DNA from: Lama glama
Lineage: Eukaryota
DNA: 64,000 nucleotides
Assembly (NCBI GenBank): GCA_028534125.1
Contig: CM052816.1
Span: forward strand, 77,626,001-77,690,000
Direction: 5' to 3'
Part shown: positions 62,828-64,000 of the stretch, piece after piece
How positions within the stretch are numbered: position 1 is the stretch's first letter
Layout of the letters: every line of letters starts with the position of its first letter
Position numbers and translations under genes: made by a program
Notes under the pieces: model-generated
Seen by the model: the letters and a program-made list of their open reading frames with translations, nothing else
Database searches by the model: none
What the model was told of the DNA's origin: nothing

Positions 62828-63200
62828 CCAACATATATGAATCTCAAAATAATTACACTGAGTGAAAACAACAACGACAACAAAGCTGGAAATGAATATG
62901 CTGTATGACTCCATCTATATGAAATTCTAGAAAGTTCAAACTAATTTACAGTGACAGAATGCAGAGCACGGCTTCCTGGGGACAGTGGAAAGGTAGAAGA
63001 AGTGGCTAAGGAGAAGAAAGAGGGAGAGGTTACCAAGAAGCACAGAAAAGCTTTTTGGGGTGATAATGTGTATTATATTGATTTTGTTGATGGTTTCAGA
63101 AGTACTGAAATGCCTAAAATCATCAACTTGTACACTTCAAATATGTACAGTTCATTCTATGTCAATTATATCTCAATAAAACTGCTAAAGTTTTTTTAAA
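62828..63200 (+). mobile_element. L1 3' UTR (L1ME/L1MD-like)
   Basis: tgaatctcaaaataattacactgagtgaaa..tgctgtatgactccatctatatgaaattctagaa..tatgtcaattatatctcaataaaactgct. Confidence 0.85.
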
Positions 63201-63892
63201 AAGAATAACTCCTTTTCTGTGTGCTCTTTTCTAAGTGTTCTGTGTGTATCTCTATCTAATCCCACTAAGTTTCAATCATGTTACCCGTTTACATCCTCTG
63301 TCCAATTACCCAGAATGCAGTTGGTTAAGGATTTTCACTGGTTCTTTAGTGACAAACAGTTGGTGATTAATATTGGGTAATACTGGCACCAGAATATCGG
63401 CTGTCATTAGCAGTGGTAACTCACACCAGCAGTACTGGTTGTAGAAGGCTTTTTGGCTTAGCTGATTGATGTATTTAAGATCTCTATTCAGCAGCCTTCA
63501 TCTCTGTCATCTCTCCATCTTTGTAAAATTCCCCTCGCCTTTATAATTTTCCCTTATGTTTTCATCATAAATTATGTCACCCCTCCTAACCCTTGGCAGG
63601 ATACTTGCAGTCCCATAAGCTGATAATCTATGACAACAGTCAAGCTTTTTTAATTTAAAATTTGCAGTCATTTGAGGTGCCTTTAATGGTGATTTGCTGA
63701 ATAAAATCTGTTTTCCCTTATGAAACTGAAAATCAAGTATCTGATTTGTCAGGCTCTGTATTTTCCTTGAAAACACTTAATAAACTGTGATACACTTAAT
63801 AAAAATTACATAAATAGATTCAGATTGTGCCTTATTGGAGAGTGGATACTTTCAACAAGTATGTTTTAAAAGGATAAATAAGGCGCAATTTT

Positions 63893-63994
63893 TGAATTCC
63901 CAATTTATCTCTTCCCACCCCCTTTAACTGCTGGTAATCATGTTTGCTCTCTGTCCGTGAGTCTGTTTCTGTTTTGTAGATAAGTTCGTTTGTG
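63893..63994 (-). mobile_element. L1 3' UTR fragment (cetartiodactyl type)
   Basis: cccaatttatctcttcccacccc..tggtaatcat..tgagtctgtttctgttttgtagataagttc. Confidence 0.75.
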
Positions 63995-64000
63995 AGAGAT

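Noticed and set aside
1..64000. CRISPR arrays, operons or other prokaryote-type systems
   Set aside because: The sequence is mammalian, with no regularly spaced repeats or gene-dense regions.

Overview
This is mammalian non-coding DNA, very likely camelid (alpaca/llama/camel): it carries a tRNA-Ala-derived vic-1-type SINE and young camelid-type L1 3' ends. I find no recognisable protein-coding gene. The only ORFs matching a known protein are L1 ORF2 remnants, and the other ORFs look like chance open frames. The window is a mosaic of L1 fragments of several ages, L2, MIR, an L3/CR1 fossil, MaLR/ERVL LTR remnants, hAT MITEs (MER5A, MER33, MER45A, MER53), microsatellites and two assembly gaps. 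Between these lie repeat-poor, partly CpG-enriched blocks that may be enhancers. The most notable structures are an L1 3' transduction nested in another L1 (both with intact TSDs), a ~520-bp inversion inside an old L1, a MER53 hairpin with a miR-1302-like seed nested in MER5A, and a 76-bp perfectly alternating purine-pyrimidine tract. I see no evidence of a new biological system. Repeat names come from recalled consensus similarity, and boundaries are approximate unless a TSD is given.
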